Below, one piece after another: positions 31,815-42,835 of a stretch of DNA of 58,100 nucleotides; position 1 is the stretch's first letter; the number at the start of each line of letters is the position of its first letter. The translations under genes and the position numbers were made by a program. The stretch comes from a virus. Taxonomy: Duplodnaviria > Caudoviricetes. The stretch covers positions 1-58,100 of IMG/VR virus record IMGVR_UViG_3300031920_000245; one strand, 5' to 3'. The notes below the pieces were generated by a model that worked only from the letters and a program-made list of their open reading frames with translations, did not search any database and was not told the origin of the DNA.

Positions 31815-33857
31815 TTAATTTAAATCCTTAAATAACCATGCATTAGATGAGTAATTTCTTAAGTCGGAATTTGAGGTACGTGTGGGTGGTAATTTTTTCT
31901 CATTTCCCTTATCATATTTCTTAGCTAATTCCTTTAATTTTTCCGGGTCATTGATATTAATCATTGCATCCAACATTTTTTTTGTTGCACCTTTATTTTG
32001 TCTAAACTTTGCCATATCAAAGTTTAAAACATACAAACCAGTTGCAAGAGACATGATACTATCATCATGGAATGAACGTTTATGATCTGCAACTCGATTA
32101 CCCGGTACAGTAATAAATGTTTTTAATTCATTTAATAATCTTAATGAATGAATAACCACATCTTCCATGTGAACTGCCCTTTGCATTTCAAGTAAAACAG
32201 ATGGTCTGTTTTGACCAATAAAAAATCCGGGAATAAGATCAACAGGAATTATATTTCCATCGGGTGTTGTTTTTTGACCTTTTTTAATATATCCATGTAA
32301 ACGATCTCTTGATGGTTTATGTGAAACTTCTGCATAGTGTATGTTATTTTCACCGTCTTCATCATTATAACCTATGTCAATCAATTTTTCTATTGTTTGG
32401 ACACCATATCCACCAGTAATATCGACAACAGCATACGCATTGTTATATCGCTTTCCAAATTGGTATGCAACTTCTCCAAGTTGTTGTGGTGTTAGTTTAC
32501 CATAATATTCTGCGACTTGTTCTACTTTTGTTTTCCTAACTTTAATCTTTTTAGATTCACCACCTCTTTTAATGACCTGTTCTTCAATAATGTGTCTTAT
32601 TTTAAGAATATTAATTGTTGAGAAGTCATCACCATGTCCCGGAGATGCATCTATTGGCATTATATATTCTTCACCTTGTTTATAATCTTCCCATATCCAG
32701 AAATTCATATCAACATATTCTTGACGTATTGGATTTTTTATTTCAAATTCTTCAATTCTTTTTAAATAATCTTCAGCAATAAAGTTATCACCTGAACCAA
32801 GAAAAGAACATAAAATTTCTTGTGCAATTTTACGCATATCACCGTTTGCACCTTTAATTTCATCTTCAAACCATTCTGAAGTAGCTTCCCAACCATCATC
32901 TTTAAGTTTTGCTCTGTGTGGTCTATCCCAACCCTCATCCTTCATTCGGATTTCATTTTCCTTGTTTTTGTTTTTTAACCATTCAAGACCTACATTATAT
33001 CGTGGGTCATTATACCACCAAAGTTCAACTGCTTTAAACGGGTGATTCGGATCACGTCTTGCTGCATCAAATGTTTTATAGAATACTGGGTCTAATCCTG
33101 ATGGTGTTGATACAAATATTGCACGTCCACCTGTTTGTAATGTTGGTTTTGCTGAAGTCCAGAATTTATCACTGTTTTCTGTCCAAGCAGTTTCATCCCA
33201 AAATAATAAGGTTGGTGTGTATCCACGAAGTCCTTTTGATGAGAATGCACTTAATTGACAACCATTGTCATATCTTTTAAGTTTTTGAGTATCTTTACTA
33301 TCTGGTTGAGGTACTAACCAATCTGGGCAGTTAATAATGAATTCAACAACATCATTCATTAACTCATCACGAGCAGTTTCCAGTTTATCAGCCACAATAG
33401 CAACACTTCTATTATTTTTAAAACATATATACCATGATATATATGCACATGTGGTTGTTGAAATACCAGCTTGACGATATTTATTAGCAACAACAAATCT
33501 TTCAGCCAAAAATGTATCAATTAAATCTTTTTGATCTGGAAATAATTTAAATGGTACTATTTGACCACCTTCACCTTGTGTTTGGTCAAAGATTGTTAAG
33601 TAAGTTTCGATAAAGTAAATTGGGTCGGAAGCACATTTGACAATTTCGGATTCCTGTTCTTCGTAATTTAAATCACTTGCTTTTTTTACATCACCATTAA
33701 TTGTAATAATAATGGCTTCTGGTTTTTTACCTTCTTTTCTTAATTGAGACTCTAATTTTCGCCTTTCTTCCTTAATTTTTTCAAGCGATTGTTGAGGAAT
33801 TATATCAGGTATGTGTTCCGGTGATTTATCTTCGTGTTTTTTATCGTCAATACTCAT
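31815..33857 (-). CDS. terL: Terminase large subunit
   Basis: KYRQAGIST Walker A, LLFWDE Walker B, STPSG, IDASPG.G.D nuclease motif, HDDSIMS. Confidence 0.95.
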   Translation of the reverse strand: MSIDDKKHEDKSPEHIPDIIPQQSLEKIKEERRKLESQLRKEGKKPEAIIITINGDVKKASDLNYEEQESEIVKCASDPIYFIETYLTIFDQTQGEGGQIVPFKLFPDQKDLIDTFLAERFVVANKYRQAGISTTTCAYISWYICFKNNRSVAIVADKLETARDELMNDVVEFIINCPDWLVPQPDSKDTQKLKRYDNGCQLSAFSSKGLRGYTPTLLFWDETAWTENSDKFWTSAKPTLQTGGRAIFVSTPSGLDPVFYKTFDAARRDPNHPFKAVELWWYNDPRYNVGLEWLKNKNKENEIRMKDEGWDRPHRAKLKDDGWEATSEWFEDEIKGANGDMRKIAQEILCSFLGSGDNFIAEDYLKRIEEFEIKNPIRQEYVDMNFWIWEDYKQGEEYIMPIDASPGHGDDFSTINILKIRHIIEEQVIKRGGESKKIKVRKTKVEQVAEYYGKLTPQQLGEVAYQFGKRYNNAYAVVDITGGYGVQTIEKLIDIGYNDEDGENNIHYAEVSHKPSRDRLHGYIKKGQKTTPDGNIIPVDLIPGFFIGQNRPSVLLEMQRAVHMEDVVIHSLRLLNELKTFITVPGNRVADHKRSFHDDSIMSLATGLYVLNFDMAKFRQNKGATKKMLDAMININDPEKLKELAKKYDKGNEKKLPPTRTSNSDLRNYSSNAWLFKDLN

Positions 33858-33901
33858 GATTTACTATAAATTTTTATAATAAATACAGAGGGTATTGGTT
33901 A

Positions 33902-34408
33902 TTATTCAGATTTGTTGTTTTCTTCTTCTAGTTTTATTGATGATGTTTCAACGAATTCTTTATCTTTAAGTATAATTTTTCTTTCATATAATAAATCTTT
34001 CACTTGTTCAAAAGACATACCATAATGAAAAACTAACATAGTCACATCTTCAGTTTCTTCTTCGAAGATTTGTTCATATTGATTAAAACCATTTTCTTCA
34101 ATATCTTCACGATCTGTCTCATATGCAAGTGCATGAATATTATAATAACCATGCATATATTCACGATCAGTGGCTTCATGTAGACAAAATAAATCAAATG
34201 CTTTGGTCTTTAATGTAAAAATACCATCCACATATTTTTCAGTTGGTGGTTCACAATTATCAATAGCAGGTGATAAATGCCAACACCAATCTTCAAATTC
34301 ACCATTATATTTATCGTGAGAGAATATAAATTCGAATTGTCCTTCATTTCGAGAGTTGTATCCAATTTTTAAGACATAAATAAGTTGTAAATTTTCTTCA
34401 CTTTTCAT
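33902..34408 (-). CDS. Hypothetical protein
   Basis: 168-aa ORF upstream of terminase. Confidence 0.6.
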   Translation of the reverse strand: MKSEENLQLIYVLKIGYNSRNEGQFEFIFSHDKYNGEFEDWCWHLSPAIDNCEPPTEKYVDGIFTLKTKAFDLFCLHEATDREYMHGYYNIHALAYETDREDIEENGFNQYEQIFEEETEDVTMLVFHYGMSFEQVKDLLYERKIILKDKEFVETSSIKLEEENNKSE

Positions 34409-34429
34409 ATGTTTTTAGCATAAATACTG

Positions 34430-34813
34430 TTATCTTACAATACCAAACATATTTTCCATATACTTATTTAGTATATTTACTGTCATGGTATAATCTCTTG
34501 CTGTTTTTGTAAATCTATTTTTAAGAGATTGTGATAAATATAAGAAAAATAAAGATAATAATCCAGAGATTATTGAGAATATTATAAATTTAGTTGAAAT
34601 TAAAGTAATTAATATAATTAAGAACATAAATGACAATCTAAAACAGATAAATTGTTTACTAAATATAACGTGTAAATCTTTTTCAGTTTCTTCAATATAT
34701 AGTTCTCTATATTCAGAATCACGGTTTTCAGAAGCTAATGCATCTAATTCTATTGTTCTTTTTTTGTCTCTGAACAATTTAAGTGTTTTATATGTTCTGA
34801 AGAAATTATTCAT
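34430..34813 (-). CDS. Two-TM membrane protein (paralog A)
   Basis: Two hydrophobic helices; similar to the adjacent gene. Confidence 0.6.
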   Translation of the reverse strand: MNNFFRTYKTLKLFRDKKRTIELDALASENRDSEYRELYIEETEKDLHVIFSKQFICFRLSFMFLIILITLISTKFIIFSIISGLLSLFFLYLSQSLKNRFTKTARDYTMTVNILNKYMENMFGIVR

Positions 34814-34814
34814 A

Positions 34815-35219
34815 TTATAGTGTTAAATTTAATCCGTATATTTTATTTATTTCGTTATTTGCTGTACATATATAAAGAATATACGTATTTGATAATTTAA
34901 TTTCTTTAAATTTATTTTTTAAATGTAAAATAAACAATAATATTGTAAAAAAAACACCAAGAATTAATAATATAGGTGAATTAACCACTAATGATAGAAA
35001 AACTAACGATATTAATGTCAACCATTTAAATAAATATTTTCTTGAAAATGTTGTGTGTAATTCATCTTCAAGTGATGTAATTAACATTCTTCTATATTCA
35101 AGCCAATTACATGTATTGATATCATCTGTTTGAACTTCATTAAATAAATTGTTTTCGGTTTTTTCTGTACCACCAATGTAGGTTCTAAACAATTTAATAT
35201 GTTGATATCTTCTTTCCAT
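34815..35219 (-). CDS. Two-TM membrane protein (paralog B)
   Basis: Shares KLFR, EYR and LH..FS with paralog A. Confidence 0.6.
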   Translation of the reverse strand: MERRYQHIKLFRTYIGGTEKTENNLFNEVQTDDINTCNWLEYRRMLITSLEDELHTTFSRKYLFKWLTLISLVFLSLVVNSPILLILGVFFTILLFILHLKNKFKEIKLSNTYILYICTANNEINKIYGLNLTL

Positions 35220-35228
35220 ATATAATTA

Positions 35229-35254
35229 TACGATAAAAAACGATAAATGTTACA
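35229..35254 (-). promoter_or_regulatory. TGTAAC-N16-CGTA promoter
   Basis: Reverse-strand copy just upstream of 35219. Confidence 0.65.
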
Positions 35255-35263
35255 TATTCACAT

Positions 35264-35300
35264 AAAAAAAACCCGGTAATGTTAATACAAGACCGGGTTT
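35264..35300 (-). terminator. Intrinsic terminator
   Basis: AAAACCCGGT...ACCGGGTTTT. Confidence 0.65.
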
Positions 35301-35329
35301 TATATATGTTTTATTGTTTATGTTGGTAA

Positions 35330-37921
35330 TTATACTTGAATTTCTTCACCCATACCACCATAACCAGTTTGACCTTGTGTACCACCACTTTTAAATTGAC
35401 TTGCACCTTTAAAAGGTTGTTTAGTGAACACAACACTATTTCCACCCGGTATTAATGAACCAATACCTCCGTTTTGTTCTAGTTGTTTAATTGCGTTAAA
35501 CATGTCATCTGGAGTTACATTTGGTAGTACTCTATTTACCATCTTACCTTTAGGTCCTGTTTTATCATTTAGAGTACTACTAAATACTTTAGTAAATACT
35601 TGTGTTAATTTAGGATCATTAGGGTTTTGTATTGATTTAGTTAGATCAAGTTTTTGATTTGGTTGTAATCCAATTGTAGCACCAGCAACTGCTCTACCTA
35701 CTTTTTTACCGAAATTTTTCAATCCCTCAAAACCAGCTTCATCAACAACTGATTCAAGTAATGAAATTTGTTCATCAATCATTTTATCTAATGATTTAAT
35801 CTTATCTGATTTTTTATCTTCAGTTAACATTGGTTTTTTAAAACCGAATTTTTCTTCAAGTCGATTTTTGATATATTTTCTGAATTTAACCTCAGATTCA
35901 TTCATTGTAATATCAACAGTACCTTGTTGTGCATTTACATTAACATCGATTGATTTAGAATCAGTACCTTCTGGACTTATAGAATTAAGTCCCATATTCT
36001 CAAACCCCGGAGTAATATCAATTGCATTAGTATCGTCTGTTATATCACCTGAGACTTCTGTATCATCAGTATAATTATTATCTTCCATGTTTGGTTGAAC
36101 TTCTACAGATGCTGGATCATTACCATCATCAGTAACTTCTCTCATAAGTCCTTTTATACCTTTTTTCTCAATACGACCTGCCATTGCACCACTTAGATTA
36201 TCAATAGCACTTCCGATACCTTCTTTAGTTAAGTTACCAAGTGCATCTCCAACACCTCGACCAACACCTTTACCAATTTCTTGACCACCTTTACTATCTA
36301 AAGCACCGCCAATTGCACCAATAATAGCTGGTGCTACTTCATTTAAGTCTTCTTCACTTATGTTAAATCTTTCTTTAAGTACACCAGCAACAAGAGGTGT
36401 CATTTCTTGAATTTGTTCTTCTGATAGTTTACCCATCAATTTTTGTATGGGATTTTTACCCATTCCTAAAAAACCTTCTTCAACTTCTTCTTCATTAACT
36501 TTATCTTTACCACCTATGGTTGTTGGGTTAATTTCCCACCAAAACATACTTTTTATCTTTGATTTTTTTCCGTCATTATCTTCAACTTCATTAAGATTAG
36601 CGAATGGTTTCATTGCTTCACCTATTCCAGCGTGACCAAATTCTTCTTCAAGAGAAGTTTCGATAGCTTCTGATGTGAAATTTGCCATACCAGCATAATC
36701 ATTTTCAGATAGTTCTTTATCCATTGCATAACCACTCATAAGATTCGCCATTTCATCAACACCACATTCCATAATAGATTCTGAATTATATCCTCTTTTA
36801 CTTACATATTCAGCGAAACCACATTCATCACATTGTTGTTCAGCCATTTCAGTTTCTTTACTAACATCAAGTGAGTCAATTTCTTCATCCGGAACAATTT
36901 TAAGAATCTTATTAGCCATTTCTTTTCTATCTTCAATTTCAATTTCTTTAATTTTATCTTGAAATGCTGTTAAATATGAATTAATAAATCCTTTAGTTTC
37001 TGTAGGTGTCATTTCTGACTTTCTTACTTTATTAGTTACTTTACCAACTAATTGTTCAATTTCTTTATTCTCATCTGAAAGTTCATCCATACCAATATTA
37101 AGGTCTTCATCTCCTTCAATACCATCATCTCCTTCAATACCGTCAACAGGTGCTTCAATACCATCAACACCACCTTCAATACCATCAACAGGTGCTTCAG
37201 AATCGGTTGCATCAACATTAATATCATCTATATTAATTTCATCTTCAGGAGTGGGGGTTTCTTCTTTTGGAAGATCAACACTATCAACATCTAATTCAAT
37301 GTCATCTTCTTTTTCTTTTTCAGTGGCAGCATCTAAATCGGCAGTTGCTTTTTCTGCTTTTTCAATTTCTTCACCAGCATCTTCAGAAACATCTTCATTC
37401 ACATCTTCCTTATCATCAGAGTTTTCTTCTTTTTTATCTTCAGCTTTATCTTCTTTCTTATCTTTAGCTTTGTCTACTTTCTTATCTTTAGATTTTTTGT
37501 CTTTTTTCTCGTCAGACTTTTCATCTTTTTTCGCTTCATTAATTTGTTGTTTTTCAACAACAGTTTCAGCGATAACTGGTTTTTCACCAAATGCTTCAGA
37601 GATAGTTAATAAAAACATATTACGTTTTTTTGATGCTTTCGCTAACGATTCAAATTGATATTCTTTGATGTTACTTTCTCCACCAATATATGCAAAATCT
37701 TCAACCAAAGGATTTTTTTGGCTATTTGATTTTTTGATATAATAATTATGATTTTCTTTAACGATACCATATGCTACCTTATCTGCACCTCTTTCGAAAT
37801 TAATTAGTTCACCTAAAGAATGACCTTTAGTTTCATTTAATTTTTTCTTATCTTTAGGAACTAAAGCTAATTCCTGTAATCTATTGAAGTAGATTTCTTC
37901 AGTTGAATATTTTTTTCCCAT
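35330..37921 (-). CDS. Large acidic, probable internal head protein
   Basis: 863 aa, very acidic; many LNE/INE/VNE motifs; DGIEG repeats. Confidence 0.6.
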   Translation of the reverse strand: MGKKYSTEEIYFNRLQELALVPKDKKKLNETKGHSLGELINFERGADKVAYGIVKENHNYYIKKSNSQKNPLVEDFAYIGGESNIKEYQFESLAKASKKRNMFLLTISEAFGEKPVIAETVVEKQQINEAKKDEKSDEKKDKKSKDKKVDKAKDKKEDKAEDKKEENSDDKEDVNEDVSEDAGEEIEKAEKATADLDAATEKEKEDDIELDVDSVDLPKEETPTPEDEINIDDINVDATDSEAPVDGIEGGVDGIEAPVDGIEGDDGIEGDEDLNIGMDELSDENKEIEQLVGKVTNKVRKSEMTPTETKGFINSYLTAFQDKIKEIEIEDRKEMANKILKIVPDEEIDSLDVSKETEMAEQQCDECGFAEYVSKRGYNSESIMECGVDEMANLMSGYAMDKELSENDYAGMANFTSEAIETSLEEEFGHAGIGEAMKPFANLNEVEDNDGKKSKIKSMFWWEINPTTIGGKDKVNEEEVEEGFLGMGKNPIQKLMGKLSEEQIQEMTPLVAGVLKERFNISEEDLNEVAPAIIGAIGGALDSKGGQEIGKGVGRGVGDALGNLTKEGIGSAIDNLSGAMAGRIEKKGIKGLMREVTDDGNDPASVEVQPNMEDNNYTDDTEVSGDITDDTNAIDITPGFENMGLNSISPEGTDSKSIDVNVNAQQGTVDITMNESEVKFRKYIKNRLEEKFGFKKPMLTEDKKSDKIKSLDKMIDEQISLLESVVDEAGFEGLKNFGKKVGRAVAGATIGLQPNQKLDLTKSIQNPNDPKLTQVFTKVFSSTLNDKTGPKGKMVNRVLPNVTPDDMFNAIKQLEQNGGIGSLIPGGNSVVFTKQPFKGASQFKSGGTQGQTGYGGMGEEIQV

Positions 37922-38008
37922 TATATTTAAAAATTTTAAAATTTTATTATTAATGTATGGTTACATTTTTTTATAAATACTCTTTCACCATTAAAAATCA
38001 TAAAAAAC

Positions 38009-38254
38009 TTATATAATTTCCTTATCTTCTTTGATTAAATTATGATCTTCGAGTAATTTAATTACTTTAGGTGTTAGTTGTTTATTATTCTTATATTTTT
38101 CAATTATTCGTTTGTTTGCTTTATCTAAAGAAATATTTTCTTTTAATAATTTAGAGTTAGCATACATTTCTTCCAATATCGAATCAAAAACTTTATTAGC
38201 TTTTTTTCTTTCAATATATTCAAGTAGTTGTTCTTTTCTAACTATAAGTCTCAT
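38009..38254 (-). CDS. Hypothetical protein
   Basis: 81-aa ORF. Confidence 0.5.
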   Translation of the reverse strand: MRLIVRKEQLLEYIERKKANKVFDSILEEMYANSKLLKENISLDKANKRIIEKYKNNKQLTPKVIKLLEDHNLIKEDKEII

Positions 38255-38260
38255 TTAAAT

Positions 38261-39070
38261 TTATTTATTTTCGTCTAAACTTAATTCTTTAGTTAATCTT
38301 TCTTTTTTTAGATCGACTAATTTTTGTAGATACCCACTGTTTCTCAAAATTTTAAATGCTAAATTTTCGCTTGAAAATTCTCCGGTACTATCTAAACCAC
38401 TTTGTCTCATTTTCTTAATTCTATCCTTAACAAGATTATATTTATTAAAGAACACATCAGAATCTGATATCGTTTCAAGTTCATCAATAACATTCATAAA
38501 GTCAGCAGCTTTTAATTGTATATTTCCCGTATCAATATTTACAATTTTTTTTGTTGGTTTATTAATCCACTCATCATGCATTAATGAATACGTACCAGAA
38601 GAATGATGTGGTTCACTTGCATCTTGAAAATACATTTCAACATCATGACCTTTAACTTGAATAGGTAATTTACTACCCCATAAATTTTTATTTAATCTAA
38701 AATATTTACCAACAAAATCTTTATCTTCTGAAATCTGATCAAAATCAAGAACAATATGTACATCTAAATCAGAAATATCATTATAATTATAGTTCGCCAT
38801 ACTCCCGGTAAGAATAACATCTTTAAATTTAATATTTTCCATATCAGAAAATTCAATAAATTTTTTTGCATTCATTAATAATGTTTCACGAACTTCTTCA
38901 TTTAATTTATCTTCACTATCCCAAATAGCTGGATTAAGATCATCGTGATATTGAATTGATGAAACGTCAATACCTTCAGGTTCAATAACTTCATTAATGA
39001 TATCAATAACATCATTTTCTGTCCAATATTTATTTGACCAACTTCTTGGTTTTTTATTTTCTTTATCCAT
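38261..39070 (-). CDS. Pol-beta-family nucleotidyltransferase
   Basis: LTGSMANYNYNDISDLDVH (GS...DxD) and a later VEMY. Confidence 0.75.
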   Translation of the reverse strand: MDKENKKPRSWSNKYWTENDVIDIINEVIEPEGIDVSSIQYHDDLNPAIWDSEDKLNEEVRETLLMNAKKFIEFSDMENIKFKDVILTGSMANYNYNDISDLDVHIVLDFDQISEDKDFVGKYFRLNKNLWGSKLPIQVKGHDVEMYFQDASEPHHSSGTYSLMHDEWINKPTKKIVNIDTGNIQLKAADFMNVIDELETISDSDVFFNKYNLVKDRIKKMRQSGLDSTGEFSSENLAFKILRNSGYLQKLVDLKKERLTKELSLDENK

Positions 39071-39074
39071 AAAA

Positions 39075-39539
39075 TTATTTTTTATTCTCAGATAAATCTG
39101 GCATTGTTTCAGGCATTTTATCTGTATGTAGTTTATTAATAATTATATCGATTTTATCGATAATATCATAATGATCATTGTCATATAAAAAATCCAGTTT
39201 ACCTTTCATTAAATCAATTTTTCTTTTATGATCCGGTGAATCGTCTTCATTTACTGTACTCATTGTAGGTGTAACACTTTGTTTAGGTACTCTTTTAATT
39301 AATAGTCTATACAAGCTATCAATTACTTCGAAATCTTCTTCGGTATTTAAAAGGTTATCTAATTTTTGTTTTATTTGATCAACTTGAGCAATGTATTTAT
39401 CTTTATTAACTTCCGGAATAGCTTCATTTTGTAGTTGTATTTCTTCTGATTCATTTAATTGAGGTTTAGAATATGATGGATTTACTTTACCCATCATTTC
39501 ATGTAATAACTCCCTTGAGGATTTTTTTTCTTTTTCCAT
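39075..39539 (-). CDS. Hypothetical, probable internal virion protein
   Basis: N-terminus SRELLHEMMGKVNP resembles the 45350 and 46050 proteins. Confidence 0.55.
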   Translation of the reverse strand: MEKEKKSSRELLHEMMGKVNPSYSKPQLNESEEIQLQNEAIPEVNKDKYIAQVDQIKQKLDNLLNTEEDFEVIDSLYRLLIKRVPKQSVTPTMSTVNEDDSPDHKRKIDLMKGKLDFLYDNDHYDIIDKIDIIINKLHTDKMPETMPDLSENKK

Positions 39540-39675
39540 GATTAAATATGTTTTTTATAAATACTAACTAAAGTCACCTTTAATAAATATTTGTCGTTCA
39601 TTAATAAAACTTTTTTATAAATACATTTATTATTAATTAAAGAGTTATAGTATTTATGATAAATTATTAAACCAA

Positions 39676-41787
39676 ATGAATTTAGAATGCTTAAATGATA
39701 TAATTACCGATAGTTTAGCAATTCACATTGATTTAACAGATATCGATTCTTGGAATTTAAATAGTGGTTTAACTTCAGTTAGTTTAACTAAATGGGGTGG
39801 TGCTATTTCAGATAATTTAAATTTAATTGATTACGGTCTAACTGCATTTGATGTAGGTAGGATTGATAAAATGTGGAGTGGTATGACTTTAACACCAAAA
39901 GATACTTTATTTAAAATGTATCGAATTGGTTTCAATAATGTTGCGAATCCAACTACCGAGGAATATTCGGGAGTTACAGTTAACACAAAATATTTACCAA
40001 TGACTGGTATAACCAGTGGTGCATCTGGAAATTATTTTGAATTAGCTGGTGGTTATTTACAGGGATTTTTTAAATTAGATGGATATAATTATACACTATT
40101 ACCATCAAGATTTAATAATGGTATTACAATTGAAAATATTGTTTATCTATACCCGGACTCACAAGGGATTTTTTATTTAATGGGTGCGAGGGCAGAAGAT
40201 AAATATAATCCACATTTTTCTGGTGAGACTGTTACCGGGGGAACTTCTGAAAACATTAATGTTACAGATGGTGTTGTTACAAGTGAAGATAATTATTTAG
40301 ATGATATTGTTTCAGAAGAAAAATTAAATAAATCATTCATCTTTTATGAAGATTTAAGATCAACAGTTCATCAAGAAAACAATCCTAGTGCAAATACAAC
40401 AAATAATGTAATTGCTTTTGAGATTACTCAGGATAAAAAATTAGCATATAAATATATAGATGGTAATGGTATTATACAAACAAATAAATCTGTGAAATCA
40501 ATAGACCCATCAACAGGTTGGACCATAATTTCAATTGTTTTTGAACCAGATGAAGTTATTGAAGACCCGGATGTGTTAGATTGTTATCCACAAAGAAAAG
40601 GTAAATTTGTTTTTTATGTAAATGGTAGAGCACTGTGGACAATAAATGATTTTCCTGAATTCTTTTTTAAAGCATTTATGAACGATAAAGAAAAACAAAT
40701 TGGTGTGCCTTATTCAATTAATTGGGGTGGTGGATCGTTTGGTTTAAAATATTCATGGCATTACGATAAACAAAAATACTATATATATAATGAGAATGAT
40801 ACTCAATATATATTAGATAACTTTAATGTAGAAAGTACACCATTTCCGGGTATTTGTGATCCGTATGAACCGGGAACAATATTAGATGGTTTATCTTTAA
40901 GTGCTGACACAACATCGTTCCATGATGTTGATGATTGTGATCCTACAATTATAACCCCAATTACTGTAATGAGAATTGAGTACACTGGTGGAACAGGATT
41001 AAGTGGACAAACTGGTACATCAGCAAATACATATTTTATTAAATTTACACAACCTATTTCAGTTTTATCTAATAGAGATTATAATATTAATTTATCATTA
41101 TATAATAATGGTTTCTTTAATCAAGTAGACCAAAGTGGGTTTATAGTTGATAATCGTGTAATGATTTATCCAATGGGAACTACTGATATAGATATTGTTA
41201 ATGAAACTGATTACATTTATCCAATTACTAAAGAGAAATTATTAGATTTACCTAATGTTGAATTAAAACCATTTCCAGATAGAGATGAATATCAATACAT
41301 AGCTTTAGATGGTGTGTCTTATTATGGTGATACTGGTTTACCTGTATATACCGACCCTAGATATTTTGAATATTATGGTCTTGATCCTGTTACTGGTGAA
41401 ATTATTGATTCTGGTAGAATTGTTACAGGTAGTAATGAATGGATACCAATGAAATCTACAATTAGAATAGCTGAGAATAGTGGTCAACAATTTATTGAAA
41501 TAGGTATTTTAATACAAACATCATATAAATTTAATTTAAATAGACCATTATTTATTCAACCATTTACATACACAGGTTCTGATATACTGGTACAAGATGA
41601 AAGAAAAAACAATCTTCAAATACAACAAAATTTTGATTCGACATTTATTGGTGGAATTCAAAAGTTAAGAGTTTACGATAGAGGATTAAGTAGTACCGAA
41701 ATATTACATAACGCTAAAATGGAAGCACTGAAAAATCCAAATTTAGGTCTGAATATTTCTAAAGGGGGTAGAATAATACATAGATAA
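39676..41787 (+). CDS. Putative virion protein with LamG/ConA-like elements
   Basis: WTIISIVF...FYVNG and FIGGIQKLRVYDRGLSSTEI. Confidence 0.55.
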   Translation: MNLECLNDIITDSLAIHIDLTDIDSWNLNSGLTSVSLTKWGGAISDNLNLIDYGLTAFDVGRIDKMWSGMTLTPKDTLFKMYRIGFNNVANPTTEEYSGVTVNTKYLPMTGITSGASGNYFELAGGYLQGFFKLDGYNYTLLPSRFNNGITIENIVYLYPDSQGIFYLMGARAEDKYNPHFSGETVTGGTSENINVTDGVVTSEDNYLDDIVSEEKLNKSFIFYEDLRSTVHQENNPSANTTNNVIAFEITQDKKLAYKYIDGNGIIQTNKSVKSIDPSTGWTIISIVFEPDEVIEDPDVLDCYPQRKGKFVFYVNGRALWTINDFPEFFFKAFMNDKEKQIGVPYSINWGGGSFGLKYSWHYDKQKYYIYNENDTQYILDNFNVESTPFPGICDPYEPGTILDGLSLSADTTSFHDVDDCDPTIITPITVMRIEYTGGTGLSGQTGTSANTYFIKFTQPISVLSNRDYNINLSLYNNGFFNQVDQSGFIVDNRVMIYPMGTTDIDIVNETDYIYPITKEKLLDLPNVELKPFPDRDEYQYIALDGVSYYGDTGLPVYTDPRYFEYYGLDPVTGEIIDSGRIVTGSNEWIPMKSTIRIAENSGQQFIEIGILIQTSYKFNLNRPLFIQPFTYTGSDILVQDERKNNLQIQQNFDSTFIGGIQKLRVYDRGLSSTEILHNAKMEALKNPNLGLNISKGGRIIHR

Positions 41788-42026
41788 TGGGAGGTAGAGT
41801 AACAGCACTTAAATTAGGGGAAATATATAATGGCTGGAAGAATCTTGCCGTTAAAAGTCCTGAAGTAGAAGAAATTGCAAAAAAAAGAGCAATCATTTGT
41901 GCTTGTTGTTCTAAATTAAAAAACAATAATCAATGTGATGTTTGTGGTTGTTATGTACCAGCAAAAGTAAGAAGTTTAAAATCCAGTTGTCCAATAAAGA
42001 AATGGGATATGGTTATTGTTGGTTAA
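41787..42026 (+). CDS. Small Cys-rich zinc-binding protein
   Basis: RAIICACC...CDVCGC....K......CPIKKW. Confidence 0.65.
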   Translation: MGGRVTALKLGEIYNGWKNLAVKSPEVEEIAKKRAIICACCSKLKNNNQCDVCGCYVPAKVRSLKSSCPIKKWDMVIVG

Positions 42027-42654
42027 ATGTATTATATTGTGGTTTTCTATCTTTAACCTTCATATTTACATTACTTTCAAGAATACTTTCACAATATGCT
42101 CTTATAAATAATTCTCTTGTTTTTTCTGATGCTTGTCCTAGTTCAGGAAAAGGTATTTCTTGACCATCTGGGGTATATAATCTAACTTCAATATCAGACC
42201 AATTAACACCATTCATCCACATATCACCTTCTGGTGGTTGTGTATAACCATCACCGGGATCAGAATAACCATCCATATATATTTTTAATGGTTGACCACT
42301 AAAATCAACATTAAATGGAATTGGGGTAATTGGATCATCATCATTTGAAGGATTTTGACCATTAACATTTGAAGGATTATGATATTGATAAATTACACTA
42401 ATAAAATATTGGAACTCTATATTATCTTGATTTTCATCATAGTCAGGTTCTGTAATATGAGCTTCAGGTGTGTTATTAATATTTATCTTTTCTCTCATGT
42501 TTGTAATTGAGTCGATTATAAAACTTCTTTGGAAATTTCTCTGACTTAATAATTCCACACCCTCTGTTTCTTTTATTAACGATTCATTACTTAAAAAATC
42601 GAATTGTACAATTTCCTCATTAATAATTCTATATACGTCTTTTAATTTCATAAA
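42013..42654 (-). CDS. Hypothetical protein
   Basis: ORF track gives 42013-42660; start uncertain; IINEE motif; late motif at 42667. Confidence 0.5.
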   Translation of the reverse strand, partial: FMKLKDVYRIINEEIVQFDFLSNESLIKETEGVELLSQRNFQRSFIIDSITNMREKININNTPEAHITEPDYDENQDNIEFQYFISVIYQYHNPSNVNGQNPSNDDDPITPIPFNVDFSGQPLKIYMDGYSDPGDGYTQPPEGDMWMNGVNWSDIEVRLYTPDGQEIPFPELGQASEKTRELFIRAYCESILESNVNMKVKDRKPQYNTFNQQ

Positions 42655-42779
42655 ACTCAAATTTCCTATAAATACTTGATATTTTACATTAATTTCTAAA
42701 TATATTTTATTTTTTGTAAGTATTTATAGGAAATAAATAAACACATTTGCCAGTTAGTGGTTAAGTTAATAATAACATT

Positions 42780-42815
42780 AAAATGCATTCAAAAATAATT
42801 GGATGCATTTTTTTT
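42780..42815 (+). terminator. Intrinsic terminator insulating tRNA operon 1
   Basis: AAAATGCATTCAA-aaataa-TTGGATGCATTTT plus T run. Confidence 0.7.
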
Positions 42816-42835
42816 ATGAAATAATTTGTTTTTAA

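Noticed and set aside
545-37658. Short antisense or alternate-frame ORFs inside large genes (e.g. 1114, 2518, 20058, 30038, 37251)
   Set aside because: Shadows of real genes' codon bias with no motifs or expression signals.
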